Below, in pieces: positions 59,618 to 64,000 of a stretch of DNA of 64,000 nucleotides. The notes under the pieces are model-generated. The model did no database searches and was not told the DNA's origin. It saw only the letters and a program-made list of their open reading frames with translations. Position numbers and translations under genes: made by a program. The DNA lies in IMG/VR virus record IMGVR_UViG_3300048854_000081, positions 96,001 through 160,000 of that record. One strand, 5' to 3'. Position 1 is the stretch's first letter, and each line of letters begins with the position of its first letter. This stretch comes from a virus (Duplodnaviria; Caudoviricetes).

Positions 59618-62600
59618 TCATGGACATTCACAACAGTTTGGACTTACGAAGGTACCGTCCGTACCGCCCGCACATACGCCCGCACAATCCTTTAGGTTGT
59701 GATGCAAGATGTACGAATTTTCTGTTTCACCAGCCCAAAAACACTTGTCGCCTACTGTAATGTGCTGTACTTCTTGATTACCAGCATCAGTTACAGAAAT
59801 TACTTCATCCCACATTGCTGCACCATTGATCATGGTAGCGATTTCTTCACCATAAACATCTGGTGCTAATAGGAAACCCTTATCCTTCGAAGGAATTGGA
59901 GCAGAGGTGGAACATACTAGCGAAGCACCCGACTTGGTTTCAATTCTTACACAAGGCTTAATTTCAGTCTTAGAGTAAGACACCACACCAGTACCCGGTT
60001 CAAGGGTTCTGTCATCAGCTAGAATCATAGTATCAGACACTTTAATATCACCAGCTAGTTTACCATCAGGTAGATATGAAGATACTGCTACACAACATTG
60101 ATAACCGATACTTGTACAATCTGGACATGCCGAAGCATTAGTTGGTGTAGGAGTCGGTGTTGGTTGTGGTGTATTCGATGGTGCTGGTGTGTTTGATGGT
60201 GCTGGTGTAGGAGTTACAGTCCTAGTTACCGTTGGTGTAATTGTTCTGGTAATGGTAACAGTAGGGGTAATCGTACTTGTTACCGTTGGGGTAATTGTAA
60301 GCGTTGGGGTAGTAGTCAACGTTGGTGTTGGGCTTGGTGTAGGTGTTGGTGATGGAGAAATTGGTACACCCGTGATTGCTTCGTAATGGGAGCGAATTTC
60401 ATCATCTTCCAAAGCTACGCCATACAATGAGAAGTTATCCAAACCACCGACATAGTTGTTTATGCTTGGTACGTTGTATGGAGAACCACCGATGCTTAGA
60501 CCGTAAATTTGCGAGAACAAGTTTGCACCCGAAACTGTTGTCGATGCTTCTTCCTGAGCATTGATGAAGATCGTCTGCTTATTACCCTGTCTTCTACACG
60601 TGATCATGTATGGTGTACCGTCAGCCGACACGGTTGTCTGTACTTCCGAGAATGCCTGATCGGTTGTAGCAATACGGTAAGCATACTTACCAGTATCTCT
60701 ATCAATATACAACATAAACTGTGGCTGCTGCGATCCAGCATTAAACGGAATGTAAACTAGAACTGGAATTGCAGCGTCCTGTTCCGTAACGTCAGCGTCC
60801 GAGAATATTTCAAACGTATAATCACCAGCCAAGTCTAGGAATGGACCATACTGGCCCAATACCATATTGTTCTGAGTAAAATCGTCAGATATTGTGATCG
60901 AACGTGCCGATTGCGAGAACAATCCAGCATCACCCAACGTTATGTTACCATTGAAGAAACCATCGTTACCATATAGTGAACTGTCGTGTGCAACCGTTGT
61001 GTTCAAGTCATCAAACTTGTAGTAAACAATTGGGTTACCATTTAGTACGGCAGTATCATACGCTGTAATTGGTACTGGCGAAGCTGTTGGTGTAATGGTT
61101 GGAACCGGGGTCATCGTAGGTGAGGCCGTGATGGTTGGGGTTACCGTAGGTGTACTAGTCAACGTTGGGGTAATCGTTGTGGTGCTGGTCAACGTTGGAG
61201 TCTGTGATGGTGTAGCAGTCACGCCCGGTGTGGCAGTGATTGTTGGGGTGATCGTTACCGTAGCAGTCATTGTCGGGGTAGCAGTCATCGTCGGAGTTAC
61301 CGATGGTGTCAACGATGGGCTTACCGATACAGTGATTGTTGGTGTAACTGATGGAGTTGGCGAAGGCGATGGTAGAGGTGGTAGGGTTGGAACCACAATG
61401 TTATCATCGATATCACAAGCACCACCCGGCTGAATGTTGTCAGACGTGATTGGAGCATTAACGTTGTTTACGTTAACATTCTGAGAAACGTCAAGCGCTA
61501 CCCATGAGGTCTTAAAGATATCGGAACTGTTGTACTTCAAGCTCATGGCATCATGTAGTGTAGCAAAGAAGATTGTGTTCACATTGGATGCGTCAAAGCC
61601 TTCGAAAATAGCGTACATAGCCGTTACAATATTATTCACATTGTCGAATGAGTATGTGGCTAGGAACGAGTTGATATCAATGTTAATGAAATCCTGAGAC
61701 GGATCATTCAAGATAGCCTGTATAGTCGATAGACCCAATTCTGGCGTGACGAAAATTTGCTCATCACCTAGACCATACTGAGTGTCAGTACCGTATAGGT
61801 TGTCGAATAGAATTCTGTCTAGCGAAGGAATCGTTACCGAAGTATCGATGATCTTGTCAACGACCGGATAACCGATCAATGAAGAGATTAGCTTTTCCCA
61901 CAAGTATTGATCGATCTTCTGTGTCTGCTTCTCACGGAATAGCTTCCATTCAACATGGACATTCTTAAGTGCAAGCGGTGTTCTGACAGCATTCTCAAAC
62001 GAATAATCGTAGATATCACCGTTGTATGGCATTCTGTCTCTCAACGTGAAGTCACGGATGAAGCGTAGAGCGTAACGCTCATCTTCATTAACGCCACCCT
62101 TCAATCCACGCACAACCAATTGGCTGTAACGGATTGGTAGATCGTATGGTAGAGAATCGAATACGTTACCGAAGATGACACCAAAGCCATCGTCCTGATA
62201 TCTTAGACCAGTCATAATCATGTAAGGATTTGGATTTGTAATCAAATCCTTCTGTGCCTGCAACAATGTGGACTGATAATTCGATGTGCTGGTCAATACC
62301 GTAGGCTTATTACTTACCCAAAAGTAGTAATAAGGAATTGGATCACCATTGTTTTCGTTAATCTTGTAGTTGGTCGAGTACGGTGTATCGTACTTGTAAA
62401 CAAGATTCGTCAAATCGTCCTGTGTTGGAATTGGCTTAGGAAGGATAACAGTGATGTAATCCTGAATGTTTGGCTTAACGGTTTGACCCGGTAGCATATC
62501 ACCATAAACATACTGACTGAAATCGTACTGATTTAGGTCCATGGAAAGATCGAACTTACCATTTCTGTAAACATTTACGACACCATCAAATGGGATCACC

Positions 62601-64000
62601 GTGCTATCTTGTACCAATACAGCCAAAATACTGAACTTCAGGTCATCGATCAAGTTCCAGTTAGGATTAGTGATCGAACCATTGTTAAAGTATAGGGAGG
62701 TCTTTGGAGTTCCACCATTGACATAGGTTAGCTCAAATTGTGCTGGCGGAACTGTTGATTCAGTCCACTGATATAGTGTCAACGAACCAACATCCGAAAG
62801 CTTAGCCCAGTTTGCAACACGATCATTGATCAAAGGGAATACACCATTATCGTAGTAAGGAATGTAATCGATCTTGGACATATCCATCCAAACAGTATTT
62901 TCCTTACCCTTCAACCAAATGTTATTGTAGGTATTACCGGTGTAATCCACCGAGTAAACGGCTGGATCAGCTTCGGTCTTGATATCCACTAACGAATAAG
63001 CATACTGGTTTGGCTGGTTTAGGGCTGGATTCCAGATAGCAATTTGATTTACGATAACGCCTGCCGACTTGTCCACAAAAACGGCTGGACTATGGGCATT
63101 ATAGTTATAGGTTAGGCAGCTTACCGATAGGTTAGCTAATGCTCTTGGATCGTTGGTGAACTGAAGAACACGGTTGTTAACCATCGAATAATCAGACAAA
63201 TTGATCATCTGACGCACGATACCAGCATTATCAGTGTAAGAAATCACCACACCATCGTAAGCACCATCAAGAACTAGTAGATATCTACCATTGATGACCT
63301 GCACTTGGGATGCGGCATTCGATATGATTTTTGGTACGCGAGCATTGAACAAGAACGACTTGTTTGGAGCCATCTTATCCAATACGTCAGGCTGATCCCA
63401 CCATCTGGTGTTATCGGTCAAGCTGATTGTAGTGAAGGTGTCATTCAAAGCATTTTCGTCAGGATTGACGAATTCAGCACGGAATTCAGTACCAACAGAG
63501 TCAGCACGCTTTAACTTCAATTCAATGTAGTTCTTTTCCTTAGCATCACCAAAGGTGGCGATTTTGTAAGCCCAAAACTCATCCAAATCAGCATTGTTGA
63601 ACAATGTCTGGTTGGTGTAAGCATTGATGGAAAGGTTGGTACCCTTGTTCTGGATCATACCACGCCAGAAGATGAAATCTGACTTAGCATTGATGTTCAA
63701 ATCCTGCATGTAGGACGAACGACCGGTGTAACCTAGGGAACGACGGACTTCCTGAATTAGAGGCTTGGATTCGATTACCTTATAGGTATCATATAGGAAT
63801 CTTAGATCGTTTACCGCAGATTCAAAGTTCTGCACTAGATCGTCATCAGATACGAAGAAACCACCCATGTTTGGACGTAGAGTCATGGTTTCCTGACGAT
63901 TAAATTCGACATAGAAACGCTGAGTTCTTAGACCCAAATAGGAATCGTAGATTAGGTTATCAGATACCGAATAATCACTAAAGCTAATGATATGCTCGTA
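59618..64000 (-). CDS. Giant baseplate/tail structural protein (5' end beyond the window) with LamG, mucin linkers and a C-terminal Hint domain
   Basis: Frame stays open to the window edge (YEHIISFSDYSVSDNLIYDSYLGL...); FWRGMIQNKGT..S...DEFWA.K...FG; YYKFDD LamG; C...HHN Hint. Confidence 0.75.
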   Translation of the reverse strand, partial: YEHIISFSDYSVSDNLIYDSYLGLRTQRFYVEFNRQETMTLRPNMGGFFVSDDDLVQNFESAVNDLRFLYDTYKVIESKPLIQEVRRSLGYTGRSSYMQDLNINAKSDFIFWRGMIQNKGTNLSINAYTNQTLFNNADLDEFWAYKIATFGDAKEKNYIELKLKRADSVGTEFRAEFVNPDENALNDTFTTISLTDNTRWWDQPDVLDKMAPNKSFLFNARVPKIISNAASQVQVINGRYLLVLDGAYDGVVISYTDNAGIVRQMINLSDYSMVNNRVLQFTNDPRALANLSVSCLTYNYNAHSPAVFVDKSAGVIVNQIAIWNPALNQPNQYAYSLVDIKTEADPAVYSVDYTGNTYNNIWLKGKENTVWMDMSKIDYIPYYDNGVFPLINDRVANWAKLSDVGSLTLYQWTESTVPPAQFELTYVNGGTPKTSLYFNNGSITNPNWNLIDDLKFSILAVLVQDSTVIPFDGVVNVYRNGKFDLSMDLNQYDFSQYVYGDMLPGQTVKPNIQDYITVILPKPIPTQDDLTNLVYKYDTPYSTNYKINENNGDPIPYYYFWVSNKPTVLTSTSNYQSTLLQAQKDLITNPNPYMIMTGLRYQDDGFGVIFGNVFDSLPYDLPIRYSQLVVRGLKGGVNEDERYALRFIRDFTLRDRMPYNGDIYDYSFENAVRTPLALKNVHVEWKLFREKQTQKIDQYLWEKLISSLIGYPVVDKIIDTSVTIPSLDRILFDNLYGTDTQYGLGDEQIFVTPELGLSTIQAILNDPSQDFINIDINSFLATYSFDNVNNIVTAMYAIFEGFDASNVNTIFFATLHDAMSLKYNSSDIFKTSWVALDVSQNVNVNNVNAPITSDNIQPGGACDIDDNIVVPTLPPLPSPSPTPSVTPTITVSVSPSLTPSVTPTMTATPTMTATVTITPTITATPGVTATPSQTPTLTSTTTITPTLTSTPTVTPTITASPTMTPVPTITPTASPVPITAYDTAVLNGNPIVYYKFDDLNTTVAHDSSLYGNDGFFNGNITLGDAGLFSQSARSITISDDFTQNNMVLGQYGPFLDLAGDYTFEIFSDADVTEQDAAIPVLVYIPFNAGSQQPQFMLYIDRDTGKYAYRIATTDQAFSEVQTTVSADGTPYMITCRRQGNKQTIFINAQEEASTTVSGANLFSQIYGLSIGGSPYNVPSINNYVGGLDNFSLYGVALEDDEIRSHYEAITGVPISPSPTPTPSPTPTLTTTPTLTITPTVTSTITPTVTITRTITPTVTRTVTPTPAPSNTPAPSNTPQPTPTPTPTNASACPDCTSIGYQCCVAVSSYLPDGKLAGDIKVSDTMILADDRTLEPGTGVVSYSKTEIKPCVRIETKSGASLVCSTSAPIPSKDKGFLLAPDVYGEEIATMINGAAMWDEVISVTDAGNQEVQHITVGDKCFWAGETENSYILHHNLKDCAGVCAGGTDGTFVSPNCCECP
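59696..60094 (-). other. Hint (intein-like) auto-processing domain, about 133 aa, no endonuclease
   Basis: Starts CVAVSSYL, contains CVRIETKSGASLVCS and EVQHITV, ends ILHHN. Confidence 0.75.

Noticed and set aside
59696-60094. Mobile homing intein
   Set aside because: Only about 133 aa with no endonuclease, +1 residue Leu, and located near the C-terminus of a structural protein. Better described as a BIL-type Hint domain.
1-64000. Genome-wide TAG reassignment (alternative genetic code)
   Set aside because: All core genes are full length under the standard code, and coding density is high without read-through. Only one in-frame TAG candidate was found.
1-64000. tRNA or other structured ncRNA genes
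   Set aside because: Intergenic gaps are short (about 130 nt or less) and contain only promoter motifs and simple hairpins. No cloverleaf or T-loop signature seen.

Overview
This 64 kb window comes from a large T4-related (jumbo) myophage genome. It is AT-rich and densely coding, and I found no tRNA, rRNA or CRISPR array. Core replication and nucleotide-metabolism genes are nrdB (partial), nrdA, thyA, a family-B DNA polymerase, a gp45-like clamp and a T4-type RNase H. Core virion genes are gp4-like head completion, tail tube, tube initiator and gp15-like terminator genes. A TAAATA late-promoter motif precedes about 20 genes. The most striking content is a candidate phage-encoded mucin-type protein glycosylation system. 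Eight virion-type proteins carry long (Thr/Ser)-X, Pro-rich tracts. Two late-promoter-driven glycan loci (3.9-8.7 kb and 30.5-38.8 kb) encode a GT60-like polypeptide HexNAc transferase, HtrL-like proteins, a carbamoyltransferase fusion, KpsS-like, Maf/DUF115-like, GT2 and GT8-like enzymes and an acyltransferase. Three other oddities stand out. (1) An HD-hydrolase/Pth2 fusion has its best ribosome-binding site opening onto an in-frame amber codon, while none of the 52 gene ends I checked uses TAG. (2) A perfect 17-bp inverted repeat couples a sigma70 promoter to RBS occlusion. (3) A giant baseplate-type protein ends in a Hint domain flanked by Cys-rich segments. All family assignments come from motif recognition by eye, not database searches.
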